The notes under the pieces: generated by a model | What the model was told of the DNA's origin: nothing | What the model saw: only the letters and a program-made list of their open reading frames with translations | The model's database searches: none | Position numbers and translations under genes: made by a program | From: Nemertoderma westbladi | Taxonomy: Eukaryota > Animalia > Xenacoelomorpha | NCBI GenBank assembly: GCA_032718475.1 | Contig: JAUCBJ010006028.1 | Coordinates: 19,724-83,723, forward strand | DNA length: 64,000 nucleotides | Direction: 5' to 3' | In this document: positions 1 through 15,000 of the stretch, piece after piece | Numbering within the stretch: the first letter of the stretch is position 1 | How the letters are laid out: the number at the start of each line of letters is the position of its first letter

Positions 1-3000
1 CAGCTGATGTTTGTTGTTTATGACCTGTATCCAGCTGATGTTTGTTGTTTATGGTCTGTATCCAGCTGATGTTTGTTGTTTATGACCTGTATCCAGCTGA
101 TGTTTGTTGTTTATGACCTCTATCCAGCTGATGTTTGTTGTTTATGGTCTGTATCCAGCTGATGTTTGTTGTTTATGACCTGTATCCAGCTGATGTTTGT
201 TGTTTATGGTCTGTATCCAGCTGATGTTTGTTGTTTATGACCTGTATCCAGCTGATGTTTGTTGTTTATGACCTCTATCCAGCTGATGTTTGTTGTTTAT
301 GGTCTGTATCCAGCTGATGTTTGTTGTTTATGGTCTGTATCCAGCTGATGTTTGTTGTTTATGACCTCTATCCAGCTGATGTTTGTTGTTTATGACCTGT
401 ATCCAGCTGATGTTTGTTGTTTATGACCTGTATCCAGCTGATGTTTGTTGTTTATGACCTGTATCCAGCTGATGTTTGTTGTTTATGGTCTGTATCCAGC
501 TGATGTTTGTTGTTTATGGTCTGTATCCAGCTGATGTTTGTTGTTTATGACCTCTATCCAGCTGATGTTTGTTGTTTATGACCTGTATCCAGCTGATGTT
601 TGTTGTTTATGACCTGTATCCAGCTGATGTTTGTTGTTTATGGTCTGTATCCAGCTGATGTTTGTTGTTTATGGTCTGTATCCAGCTGATGTTTGTTGTT
701 TATGACCTGTATCCAGCTGATGTTTGTTGTTTATGGTCTGTATCCAGCTGATGTTTGTTGTTTATGACCTCTATCCAGCTGATGTTTGTTGTTTATGACC
801 TGTATCCAGCTGATGTTTGTTGTTTATGACCTGTATCCAGCTGATGTTTGTTGTTTATGACCTGTATCCAGCTGATGTTTGTTGTTTATGACCTGTATCC
901 AGCTGATGTTTGTTGTTTATGGTCTGTATCCAGCTGATGTTTGTTGTTTATGGTCTGTATCCAGCTGATGTTTGTTGTTTATGACCTGTATCCAGCTGAT
1001 GTTTGTTGTTTATGACCTGTATCCAGCTGATGTTTGTTGTTTATGACCTCTATCCAGCTGATGTTTGTTGTTTATGACCTGTATCCAGCTGATGTTTGTT
1101 GTTTATGGTCTGTATCCAGCTGATGTTTGTTGTTTATGACCTGTATCCAGCTGATGTTTGTTGTTTATGACCTGTATCCAGCTGATGTTTGTTGTTTATG
1201 ACCTGTATCCAGCTGATGTTTGTTGTTTATGACCTGTATCCAGCTGATGTTTGTTGTTTATGACCTGTATCCAGCTGATGTTTGTTGTTTATGGTCTGTA
1301 TCCAGCTGATGTTTGTTGTTTATGGTCTGTATCCAGCTGATGTTTGTTGTTTATGGTCCTGTATCCAGCTGATGTTTGTTGTTTATGGTCTGTATCCAGC
1401 TGATGTTTGTTGTTTATGGTCTGTATCCAGCTGATGTTTGTTGTTTATGGTCTGTATCCAGCTGATGTTTGTTGTTTATGACCTGTATCCAGCTGATGTT
1501 TGTTGTTTATGGTCTGTATCCAGCTGATGTTTGTTGTTTATGACCTGTATCCAGCTGATGTTTGTTGTTTATGACCTGTATCCAGCTGATGTTTGTTGTT
1601 TATGGTCTGTATCCAGCTGATGTTTGTTGTTTATGACCTGTATCCAGCTGATGTTTGTTGTTTATGACCTGTATCCAGCTGATGTTTGTTGTTTATGACC
1701 TCTATCCAGCTGATGTTTGTTGTTTATGACCTGTATCCAGCTGATGTTTGTTGTTTATGGTCTGTATCCAGCTGATGTTTGTTGTTTATGACCTGTATCC
1801 AGCTGATGTTTGTTGTTTATGACCTCTATCCAGCTGATGTTTGTTGTTTATGGTCTGTATCCAGCTGATGTTTGTTGTTTATGACCTGTATCCAGCTGAT
1901 GTTTGTTGTTTATGGTCTGTATCCAGCTGATGTTTGTTGTTTATGACCTGTATCCAGCTGATGTTTGTTGTTTATGACCTGTATCCAGCTGATGTTTGTT
2001 GTTTATGGTCTGTATCCAGCTGATGTTTGTTGTTTATGACCTGTATCCAGCTGATGTTTGTTGTTTATGACCTGTATCCAGCTGATGTTTGTTGTTTATG
2101 ACCTCTATCCAGCTGATGTTTGTTGTTTATGACCTGTATCCAGCTGATGTTTGTTGTTTATGGTCTGTATCCAGCTGATGTTTGTTGTTTATGACCTGTA
2201 TCCAGCTGATGTTTGTTGTTTATGACCTGTATCCAGCTGATGTTTGTTGTTTATGGTCTGTATCCAGCTGATGTTTGTTGTTTATGACCTCTATCCAGCT
2301 GATGTTTGTTGTTTATGACCTGTATCCAGCTGATGTTTGTTGTTTATGGTCTGTATCCAGCTGATGTTTGTTGTTTATGACCTGTATCCAGCTGATGTTT
2401 GTTGTTTATGACCTGTATCCAGCTGATGTTTGTTGTTTATGGTCTGTATCCAGCTGATGTTTGTTGTTTATGACCTGTATCCAGCTGATGTTTGTTGTTT
2501 ATGACCTGTATCCAGCTGATGTTTGTTGTTTATGACCTCTATCCAGCTGATGTTTGTTGTTTATGACCTGTATCCAGCTGATGTTTGTTGTTTATGACCT
2601 GTATCCAGCTGATGTTTGTTGTTTATGACCTGTATCCAGCTGATGTTTGTTGTTTATGGTCTGTATCCAGCTGATGTTTGTTGTTTATGACCTGTATCCA
2701 GCTGATGTTTGTTGTTTATGACCTGTATCCAGCTGATGTTTGTTGTTTATGGTCTGTATCCAGCTGATGTTTGTTGTTTATGACCTGTATCCAGCTGATG
2801 TTTGTTGTTTATGACCTGTATCCAGCTGATGTTTGTTGTTTATGGTCTGTATCCAGCTGATGTTTGTTGTTTATGACCTGTATCCAGCTGATGTTTGTTG
2901 TTTATGACCTGTATCCAGCTGATGTTTGTTGTTTATGACCTCTATCCAGCTGATGTTTGTTGTTTATGACCTGTATCCAGCTGATGTTTGTTGTTTATGA

Positions 3001-6000
3001 CCTGTATCCAGCTGATGTTTGTTGTTTATGACCTGTATCCAGCTGATGTTTGTTGTTTATGACCTGTATCCAGCTGATGTTTGTTGTTTATGGTCTGTAT
3101 CCAGCTGATGTTTGTTGTTTATGGTCTGTATCCAGCTGATGTTTGTTGTTTATGGTCTGTATCCAGCTGATGTTTGTTGTTTATGACCTCTATCCAGCTG
3201 ATGTTTGTTGTTTATGACCTGTATCCAGCTGATGTTTGTTGTTTATGGTCTGTATCCAGCTGATGTTTGTTGTTTATGACCTGTATCCAGCTGATGTTTG
3301 TTGTTTATGACCTGTATCCAGCTGATGTTTGTTGTTTATGGTCTGTATCCAGCTGATGTTTGTTGTTTATGACCTGTATCCAGCTGATGTTTGTTGTTTA
3401 TGACCTGTATCCAGCTGATGTTTGTTGTTTATGACCTGTATCCAGCTGATGTTTGTTGTTTATGACCTGTATCCAGCTGATGTTTGTTGTTTATGACCTG
3501 TATCCAGCTGATGTTTGTTGTTTATGGTCTGTATCCAGCTGATGTTTGTTGTTTATGACCTCTATCCAGCTGATGTTTGTTGTTTATGGTCTGTATCCAG
3601 CTGATGTTTGTTGTTTATGACCTGTATCCAGCTGATGTTTGTTGTTTATGACCTGTATCCAGCTGATGTTTGTTGTTTATGACCTGTATCCAGCTGATGT
3701 TTGTTGTTTATGACCTGTATCCAGCTGATGTTTGTTGTTTATGACCTGTATCCAGCTGATGTTTGTTGTTTATGACCTGTATCCAGCTGATGTTTGTTGT
3801 TTATGACCTGTATCCAGCTGATGTTTGTTGTTTATGGTCTGTATCCAGCTGATGTTTGTTGTTTATGACCTGTATCCAGCTGATGTTTGTTGTTTATGAC
3901 CTGTATCCAGCTGATGTTTGTTGTTTATGGTCTGTATCCAGCTGATGTTTGTTGTTTATGACCTGTATCCAGCTGATGTTTGTTGTTTATGGTCTGTATC
4001 CAGCTGATGTTTGTTGTTTATGGTCTGTATCCAGCTGATGTTTGTTGTTTATGACCTGTATCCAGCTGATGTTTGTTGTTTATGACCTGTATCCAGCTGA
4101 TGTTTGTTGTTTATGACCTGTATCCAGCTGATGTTTGTTGTTTATGGTCTGTATCCAGCTGATGTTTGTTGTTTATGACCTGTATCCAGCTGATGTTTGT
4201 TGTTTATGACCTGTATCCAGCTGATGTTTGTTGTTTATGGTCTGTATCCAGCTGATGTTTGTTGTTTATGACCTGTATCCAGCTGATGTTTGTTGTTTAT
4301 GGTCTGTATCCAGCTGATGTTTGTTGTTTATGACCTGTATCCAGCTGATGTTTGTTGTTTATGGTCTGTATCCAGCTGATGTTTGTTGTTTATGACCTGT
4401 ATCCAGCTGATGTTTGTTGTTTATGGTCTGTATCCAGCTGATGTTTGTTGTTTATGACCTGTATCCAGCTGATGTTTGTTGTTTATGGTCTGTATCCAGC
4501 TGATGTTTGTTGTTTATGACCTGTATCCAGCTGATGTTTGTTGTTTATGGTCTGTATCCAGCTGATGTTTGTTGTTTATGACCTGTATCCAGCTGATGTT
4601 TGTTGTTTATGGTCTGTATCCAGCTGATGTTTGTTGTTTATGACCTGTATCCAGCTGATGTTTGTTGTTTATGGTCTGTATCCAGCTGATGTTTGTTGTT
4701 TATGACCTGTATCCAGCTGATGTTTGTTGTTTATGGTCTGTATCCAGCTGATGTTTGTTGTTTATGACCTGTATCCAGCTGATGTTTGTTGTTTATGACC
4801 TGTATCCAGCTGATGTTTGTTGTTTATGACCTGTATCCAGCTGATGTTTGTTGTTTATGACCTGTATCCAGCTGATGTTTGTTGTTTATGACCTGTATCC
4901 AGCTGATGTTTGTTGTTTATGGTCTGTATCCAGCTGATGTTTGTTGTTTATGACCTCTATCCAGCTGATGTTTGTTGTTTATGACCTGTATCCAGCTGAT
5001 GTTTGTTGTTTATGGTCTGTATCCAGCTGATGTTTGTTGTTTATGGTCTGTATCCAGCTGATGTTTGTTGTTTATGACCTGTATCCAGCTGATGTTTGTT
5101 GTTTATGGTCTGTATCCAGCTGATGTTTGTTGTTTATGGTCTGTATCCAGCTGATGTTTGTTGTTTATGACCTGTATCCAGCTGATGTTTGTTGTTTATG
5201 GTCTGTATCCAGCTGATGTTTGTTGTTTATGACCTGTATCCAGCTGATGTTTGTTGTTTATGACCTGTATCCAGCTGATGTTTGTTGTTTATGACCTGTA
5301 TCCAGCTGATGTTTGTTGTTTATGACCTGTATCCAGCTGATGTTTGTTGTTTATGACCTGTATCCAGCTGATGTTTGTTGTTTATGACCTGTATCCAGCT
5401 GATGTTTGTTGTTTATGGTCTGTATCCAGCTGATGTTTGTTGTTTATGACCTGTATCCAGCTGATGTTTGTTGTTTATGACCTGTATCCAGCTGATGTTT
5501 GTTGTTTATGGTCTGTATCCAGCTGATGTTTGTTGTTTATGGTCTGTATCCAGCTGATGTTTGTTGTTTATGACCTCTATCCAGCTGATGTTTGTTGTTT
5601 ATGACCTGTATCCAGCTGATGTTTGTTGTTTATGGTCTGTATCCAGCTGATGTTTGTTGTTTATGACCTGTATCCAGCTGATGTTTGTTGTTTATGACCT
5701 GTATCCAGCTGATGTTTGTTGTTTATGACCTGTATCCAGCTGATGTTTGTTGTTTATGACCTGTATCCAGCTGATGTTTGTTGTTTATGACCTGTATCCA
5801 GCTGATGTTTGTTGTTTATGACCTGTATCCAGCTGATGTTTGTTGTTTATGACCTGTATCCAGCTGATGTTTGTTGTTTATGACCTGTATCCAGCTGATG
5901 TTTGTTGTTTATGACCTGTATCCAGCTGATGTTTGTTGTTTATGACCTGTATCCAGCTGATGTTTGTTGTTTATGACCTGTATCCAGCTGATGTTTGTTG

Positions 6001-9000
6001 TTTATGACCTGTATCCAGCTGATGTTTGTTGTTTATGACCTGTATCCAGCTGATGTTTGTTGTTTATGACCTGTATCCAGCTGATGTTTGTTGTTTATGA
6101 CCTGTATCCAGCTGATGTTTGTTGTTTATGACCTGTATCCAGCTGATGTTTGTTGTTTATGACCTGTATCCAGCTGATGTTTGTTGTTTATGACCTGTAT
6201 CCAGCTGATGTTTGTTGTTTATGACCTGTATCCAGCTGATGTTTGTTGTTTATGACCTGTATCCAGCTGATGTTTGTTGTTTATGACCTGTATCCAGCTG
6301 ATGTTTGTTGTTTATGACCTGTATCCAGCTGATGTTTCTTGTTTATGACCTGTATCCAGCTGATGTTTGTTGTTTATGACCTGTATCCAGCTGATGTTTG
6401 TTGTTTATGACCTGTATCCAGCTGATGTTTGTTGTTTATGACCTGTATCCAGCTGATGTTTGTTGTTTATGACCTGTATCCAGCTGATGTTTGTTGTTTA
6501 TGACCTGTATCCAGCTGATGTTTGTTGTTTATGACCTGTATCCAGCTGATGTTTGTTGTTTATGGTCTGTATCCAGCTGATGTTTGTTGTTTATGGTCTG
6601 TATCCAGCTGATGTTTGTTGTTTATGGTCTGTATACAGCTGATGTTTGTTGTTTATGACCTCTATCCAGCTGATGTTTGTTGTTTATGACCTGTATCCAG
6701 CTGATGTTTGTTGTTTATGACCTGTATCCAGCTGATGTTTGTTGTTTATGGTCTGTATCCAGCTGATGTTTGTTGTTTATGGTCTGTATCCAGCTGATGT
6801 TTGTTGTTTATGGTCTGTATCCAGCTGATGTTTGTTGTTTATGACCTCTATCCAGCTGATGTTTGTTGTTTATGGTCTGTATCCAGCTGATGTTTGTTGT
6901 TTATGACCTGTATCCAGCTGATGTTTGTTGTTTATGGTCTGTATCCAGCTGATGTTTGTTGTTTATGGTCTGTATACAGCTGATGTTTGTTGTTTATGAC
7001 CTCTATCCAGCTGATGTTTGTTGTTTATGGTCTGTATCCAGCTGATGTTTGTTGTTTATGGTCTGTATACAGCTGATGTTTGTTGTTTATGACCTCTATC
7101 CAGCTGATGTTTGTTGTTTATGACCTCTATCCAGCTGATGTTTGTTGTTTATGGTCTGTATCCAGCTGATGTTTGTTGTTTATGGTCTGTATCCAGCTGA
7201 TGTTTGTTGTTTATGGTCTGTATACAGCTGATGTTTGTTGTTTATGACCTCTATCCAGCTGATGTTTGTTGTTTATGACCTGTATCCAGCTGATGTTTGT
7301 TGTTTATGACCTGTATCCAGCTGATGTTTGTTGTTTATGGTCTGTATACAGCTGATGTTTGTTGTTTATGACCTCTATCCAGCTGATGTTTGTTGTTTAT
7401 GACCTCTATCCAGCTGATGTTTCTTGTTTATGACCTGTATCCAGCTGATGTTTGTTGTTTATGGTCTGTATCCAGCTGATGTTTGTTGTTTATGGTCTGT
7501 ATCCAGCTGATGTTTGTTGTTTATGGTCTGTATCCAGCTGATGTTTATTGTTTATGGTCTGTATCCAGCTGATGTTTGTTGTATATGGTCTGTATCCAGC
7601 TGATGTTTGTTGTTTATGGTCTGTATCCAGCTGATGTTTGTTGTTTATGGTCTGTATCCAGCTGATGTTTGTTGTTTATGGTCTGTATCCAGCTGATGTT
7701 TGTTGTTTATGGTCTGTATACAGCTGATGTTTGTTGTTTATGACCTCTATCCAGCTGATGTTTCTTGTTTATGACCTGTATCCAGCTGATGTTTGTTGTA
7801 TATGGTCTGTATCCAGCTGATGTTTGTTGTTTATGGTCTGTATCCAGCTGATGTTTATTGTTTATGGTCTGTATCCAGCTGATGTTTGTTGTTTATGGTC
7901 TGTATCCAGCTGATGTTTGTTGTTTATGGTCTGTATCCAGCTGATGTTTGTTGTTTATGACCTCTATCCAGCTGATGTTTGTTGTTTATGACCTGTATCC
8001 AGCTGATGTTTGTTGTTTATGGTCTGTATCCAGCTGATGTTTGTTGTTTATGGTCTGTATACAGCTGATGTTTGTTGTTTATGACCTCTATCCAGCTGAT
8101 GTTTGTTGTTTATGGTCTGTATCCAGCTGATGTTTGTTGTTTATGACCTCTATCCAGCTGATGTTTGTTGTTTATGACCTCTATCCAGCTGATGTTTCTT
8201 GTTTATGACCTCTATCCAGCTGATGTTTGTTGTTTATGGTCTGTATCCAGCTGATGTTTGTTGTTTATGACCTGTATCCAGCTGATGTTTGTTGTTTATG
8301 GTCTGTATCCAGCTGATGTTTGTTGTTTATGGTCTGTATCCAGCTGATGTTTGTTGTTTATGACCTCTATCCAGCTGATGTTTGTTGTTTATGACCTGTA
8401 TCCAGCTGATGTTTGTTGTTTATGACCTCTATCCAGCTGATGTTTGTTGTTTATGACCTCTATCCAGCTGATGTTTGTTGTTTATGGTCTGTATCCAGCT
8501 GATGTTTGTTGTTTATGACCTGTATCCAGCTGATGTTTGTTGTTTATGGTCTGTATCCAGCTGATGTTTGTTGTTTATGGTCTGTATCCAGCTGATGTTT
8601 GTTGTTTATGGTCTGTATCCAGCTGATGTTTGTTGTTTATGGTCTGTATCCAGCTGATGTTTGTTGTTTATGACCTGTATCCAGCTGATGTTTGTTGTTT
8701 ATGACCTCTATCCAGCTGATGTTTGTTGTTTATGACCTGTATCCAGCTGATGTTTGTTGTTTATGGTCTGTATCCAGCTGATGTTTGTTGTTTATGACCT
8801 GTATCCAGCTGATGTTTGTTGTTTATGGTCTGTATCCAGCTGATGTTTGTTGTTTATGACCTGTATCCAGCTGATGTTTGTTGTTTATGACCTGTATCCA
8901 GCTGATGTTTGTTGTTTATGACCTCTATCCAGCTGATGTTTGTTGTTTATGACCTCTATCCAGCTGATGTTTGTTGTTTATGACCTGTATCCAGCTGATG

Positions 9001-12000
9001 TTTGTTGTTTATGGTCTGTATCCAGCTGATGTTTGTTGTTTATGACCTGTATCCAGCTGATGTTTGTTGTTTATGGTCTGTATCCAGCTGATGTTTGTTG
9101 TTTATGGTCTGTATCCAGCTGATGTTTGTTGTTTATGACCTGTATCCAGCTGATGTTTGTTGTTTATGACCTGTATCCAGCTGATGTTTGTTGTTTATGG
9201 TCTGTATCCAGCTGATGTTTGTTGTTTATGACCTGTATCCAGCTGATGTTTGTTGTTTATGACCTGTATCCAGCTGATGTTTGTTGTTTATGACCTGTAT
9301 CCAGCTGATGTTTGTTGTTTATGACCTGTATCCAGCTGATGTTTGTTGTTTATGACCTGTATCCAGCTGATGTTTGTTGTTTATGACCTGTATCCAGCTG
9401 ATGTTTGTTGTTTATGACCTGTATCCAGCTGATGTTTGTTGTTTATGACCTCTATCCAGCTGATGTTTGTTGTTTATGACCTGTATCCAGCTGATGTTTG
9501 TTGTTTATGGTCTGTATCCAGCTGATGTTTGTTGTTTATGACCTGTATCCAGCTGATGTTTGTTGTTTATGGTCTGTATCCAGCTGATGTTTGTTGTTTA
9601 TGGTCTGTATCCAGCTGATGTTTGTTGTTTATGGTCTGTATCCAGCTGATGTTTGTTGTTTATGACCTGTATCCAGCTGATGTTTGTTGTTTATGGTCTG
9701 TATCCAGCTGATGTTTGTTGTTTATGGTCTGTATCCAGCTGATGTTTGTTGTTTATGGTCTGTATCCAGCTGATGTTTGTTGTTTATGACCTGTATCCAG
9801 CTGATGTTTGTTGTTTATGACCTGTATCCAGCTGATGTTTGTTGTTTATGACCTGTATCCAGCTGATGTTTGTTGTTTATGGTCTGTATCCAGCTGATGT
9901 TTGTTGTTTATGACCTGTATCCAGCTGATGTTTGTTGTTTATGGTCTGTATCCAGCTGATGTTTGTTGTTTATGGTCTGTATCCAGCTGATGTTTGTTGT
10001 TTATGACCTGTATCCAGCTGATGTTTGTTGTTTATGGTCTGTATCCAGCTGATGTTTGTTGTTTATGACCTGTATCCAGCTGATGTTTGTTGTTTATGGT
10101 CTGTATCCAGCTGATGTTTGTTGTTTATGGTCTGTATCCAGCTGATGTTTGTTGTTTATGACCTGTATCCAGCTGATGTTTGTTGTTTATGACCTGTATC
10201 CAGCTGATGTTTGTTGTTTATGGTCTGTATCCAGCTGATGTTTGTTGTTTATGACCTGTATCCAGCTGATGTTTGTTGTTTATGACCTGTATCCAGCTGA
10301 TGTTTGTTGTTTATGACCTGTATCCAGCTGATGTTTGTTGTTTATGGTCTGTATCCAGCTGATGTTTGTTGTTTATGACCTGTATCCAGCTGATGTTTGT
10401 TGTTTATGGTCTGTATCCAGCTGATGTTTGTTGTTTATGGTCTGTATCCAGCTGATGTTTGTTGTTTATGGTCTGTATCCAGCTGATGTTTGTTGTTTAT
10501 GACCTGTATCCAGCTGATGTTTGTTGTTTATGACCTGTATCCAGCTGATGTTTGTTGTTTATGGTCTGTATCCAGCTGATGTTTGTTGTTTATGACCTGT
10601 ATCCAGCTGATGTTTGTTGTTTATGGTCTGTATCCAGCTGATGTTTGTTGTTTATGGTCTGTATCCAGCTGATGTTTGTTGTTTATGACCTGTATCCAGC
10701 TGATGTTTGTTGTTTATGGTCTGTATCCAGCTGATGTTTGTTGTTTATGGTCTGTATCCAGCTGATGTTTGTTGTTTATGACCTGTATCCAGCTGATGTT
10801 TGTTGTTTATGACCTGTATCCAGCTGATGTTTGTTGTTTATGACCTGTATCCAGCTGATGTTTGTTGTTTATGACCTGTATCCAGCTGATGTTTGTTGTT
10901 TATGGTCTGTATCCAGCTGATGTTTGTTGTTTATGACCTGTATCCAGCTGATGTTTGTTGTTTATGACCTGTATCCAGCTGATGTTTGTTGTTTATGACC
11001 TGTATCCAGCTGATGTTTGTTGTTTATGACCTGTATCCAGCTGATGTTTGTTGTTTATGGTCTGTATCCAGCTGATGTTTGTTGTTTATGACCTGTATCC
11101 AGCTGATGTTTGTTGTTTATGACCTGTATCCAGCTGATGTTTGTTGTTTATGACCTGTATCCAGCTGATGTTTGTTGTTTATGGTCTGTATCCAGCTGAT
11201 GTTTGTTGTTTATGGTCTGTATCCAGCTGATGTTTGTTGTTTATGACCTGTATCCAGCTGATGTTTGTTGTTTATGACCTGTATCCAGCTGATGTTTGTT
11301 GTTTATGGTCTGTATCCAGCTGATGTTTGTTGTTTATGACCTGTATCCAGCTGATGTTTGTTGTTTATGACCTGTATCCAGCTGATGTTTGTTGTTTATG
11401 ATCTGTATCCAGCTGATGTTTGTTGTTTATGGTCTGTATCCAGCTGATGTTTGTTGTTTATGACCTGTATCCAGCTGATGTTTGTTGTTTATGACCTGTA
11501 TCCAGCTGATGTTTGTTGTTTATGACCTGTATCCAGCTGATGTTTGTTGTTTATGACCTGTATCCAGCTGATGTTTGTTGTTTATGGTCTGTATCCAGCT
11601 GATGTTTGTTGTTTATGACCTGTATCCAGCTGATGTTTGTTGTTTATGACCTGTATCCAGCTGATGTTTGTTGTTTATGACCTGTATCCAGCTGATGTTT
11701 GTTGTTTATGACCTGTATCCAGCTGATGTTTGTTGTTTATGGTCTGTATCCAGCTGATGTTTGTTGTTTATGACCTGTATCCAGCTGATGTTTGTTGTTT
11801 ATGGTCTGTATCCAGCTGATGTTTGTTGTTTATGACCTGTATCCAGCTGATGTTTGTTGTTTATGGTCTGTATCCAGCTGATGTTTGTTGTTTATGGTCT
11901 GTATCCAGCTGATGTTTGTTGTTTATGGTCTGTATCCAGCTGATGTTTGTTGTTTATGGTCTGTATCCAGCTGATGTTTGTTGTTTATGGTCTGTATCCA

Positions 12001-15000
12001 GCTGATGTTTGTTGTTTATGACCTGTATCCAGCTGATGTTTGTTGTTTATGACCTGTATCCAGCTGATGTTTGTTGTTTATGGTCTGTATCCAGCTGATG
12101 TTTGTTGTTTATGACCTGTATCCAGCTGATGTTTGTTGTTTATGGTCTGTATCCAGCTGATGTTTGTTGTTTATGACCTGTATCCAGCTGATGTTTGTTG
12201 TTTATGGTCTGTATCCAGCTGATGTTTGTTGTTTATGACCTGTATCCAGCTGATGTTTGTTGTTTATGGTCTGTATCCAGCTGATGTTTGTTGTTTATGA
12301 CCTGTATCCAGCTGATGTTTGTTGTTTATGGTCTGTATCCAGCTGATGTTTGTTGTTTATGGTCTGTATCCAGCTGATGTTTGTTGTTTATGACCTGTAT
12401 CCAGCTGATGTTTGTTGTTTATGACCTGTATCCAGCTGATGTTTGTTGTTTATGGTCTGTATCCAGCTGATGTTTGTTGTTTATGACCTGTATCCAGCTG
12501 ATGTTTGTTGTTTATGGTCTGTATCCAGCTGATGTTTGTTGTTTATGGTCTGTATCCAGCTGATGTTTGTTGTTTATGACCTGTATCCAGCTGATGTTTG
12601 TTGTTTATGACCTGTATCCAGCTGATGTTTGTTGTTTATGACCTGTATCCAGCTGATGTTTGTTGTTTATGACCTGTATCCAGCTGATGTTTGTTGTTTA
12701 TGACCTGTATCCAGCTGATGTTTGTTGTTTATGGTCTGTATCCAGCTGATGTTTGTTGTTTATGACCTGTATCCAGCTGATGTTTGTTGTTTATGACCTG
12801 TATCCAGCTGATGTTTGTTGTTTATGACCTGTATCCAGCTGATGTTTGTTGTTTATGGTCTGTATCCAGCTGATGTTTGTTGTTTATGACCTGTATCCAG
12901 CTGATGTTTGTTGTTTATGGTCTGTATCCAGCTGATGTTTGTTGTTTATGGTCTGTATCCAGCTGATGTTTGTTGTTTATGGTCTGTATCCAGCTGATGT
13001 TTGTTGTTTATGGTCTGTATCCAGCTGATGTTTGTTGTTTATGGTCTGTATCCAGCTGATGTTTGTTGTTTATGGTCTGTATCCAGCTGATGTTTGTTGT
13101 TTATGACCTGTATCCAGCTGATGTTTGTTGTTTATGGTCTGTATCCAGCTGATGTTTGTTGTTTATGGTCTGTATCCAGCTGATGTTTGTTGTTTATGGT
13201 CTGTATCCAGCTGATGTTTGTTGTTTATGGTCTGTATCCAGCTGATGTTTGTTGTTTATGACCTGTATCCAGCTGATGTTTGTTGTTTATGACCTGTATC
13301 CAGCTGATGTTTGTTGTTTATGGTCTGTATCCAGCTGATGTTTGTTGTTTATGGTCTGTATCCAGCTGATGTTTGTTGTTTATGGTCTGTATCCAGCTGA
13401 TGTTTGTTGTTTATGGTCTGTATCCAGCTGATGTTTGTTGTTTATGGTCTGTATCCAGCTGATGTTTGTTGTTTATGACCTGTATCCAGCTGATGTTTGT
13501 TGTTTATGGTCTGTATCCAGCTGATGTTTGTTGTTTATGGTCTGTATCCAGCTGATGTTTGTTGTTTATGGTCTGTATCCAGCTGATGTTTGTTGTTTAT
13601 GGTCTGTATCCAGCTGATGTTTGTTGTTTATGGTCTGTATCCAGCTGATGTTTGTTGTTTATGGTCTGTATCCAGCTGATGTTTGTTGTTTATGGTCTGT
13701 ATCCAGCTGATGTTTGTTGTTTATGGTCTGTATCCAGCTGATGTTTGTTGTTTATGGTCTGTATCCAGCTGATGTTTGTTGTTTATGGTCTGTATCCAGC
13801 TGATGTTTGTTGTTTATGGTCTGTATCCAGCTGATGTTTGTTGTTTATGGTCTGTATCCAGCTGATGTTTGTTGTTTATGGTCTGTATCCAGCTGATGTT
13901 TGTTGTTTATGGTCTGTATCCAGCTGATGTTTGTTGTTTATGGTCTGTATCCAGCTGATGTTTGTTGTTTATGGTCTGTATCCAGCTGATGTTTGTTGTT
14001 TATGGTCTGTATCCAGCTGATGTTTGTTGTTTATGGTCTGTATCCAGCTGATGTTTGTTGTTTATGGTCTGTATCCAGCTGATGTTTGTTGTTTATGGTC
14101 TGTATCCAGCTGATGTTTGTTGTTTATGGTCTGTATCCAGCTGATGTTTGTTGTTTATGGTCTGTATCCAGCTGATGTTTGTTGTTTATGGTCTGTATCC
14201 AGCTGATGTTTGTTGTTTATGGTCTGTATCCAGCTGATGTTTGTTGTTTATGGTCTGTATCCAGCTGATGTTTGTTGTTTATGGTCTGTATCCAGCTGAT
14301 GTTTGTTGTTTATGGTCTGTATCCAGCTGATGTTTGTTGTTTATGGTCTGTATCCAGCTGATGTTTGTTGTTTATGGTCTGTATCCAGCTGATGTTTGTT
14401 GTTTATGGTCTGTATCCAGCTGATGTTTGTTGTTTATGGTCTGTATCCAGCTGATGTTTGTTGTTTATGGTCTGTATCCAGCTGATGTTTGTTGTTTATG
14501 GTCTGTATCCAGCTGATGTTTGTTGTTTATGACCTGTATCCAGCTGATGTTTGTTGTTTATGATCTGTATCCAGCTGATGTTTGTTGTTTATGGTCTGTA
14601 TCCAGCTGATGTTTGTTGTTTATGGTCTGTATCCAGCTGATGTTTGTTGTTTATGATCTGTATCCAGCTGATGTTTGTTGTTTATGACCTGTATCCAGCT
14701 GATGTTTGTTGTTTATGACCTGTATCCAGCTGATGTTTGTTGTTTATGATCTGTATCCAGCTGATGTTTGTTGTTTATGGTCTGTATCCAGCTGATGTTT
14801 GTTGTTTATGGTCTGTATCCAGCTGATGTTTGTTGTTTATGGTCTGTATCCAGCTGATGTTTGTTGTTTATGACCTGTATCCAGCTGATGTTTGTTGTTT
14901 ATGATCTGTATCCAGCTGATGTTTGTTGTTTATGACCTGTATCCAGCTGATGTTTGTTGTTTATGACCTGTATCCAGCTGATGTTTGTTGTTTATGACCT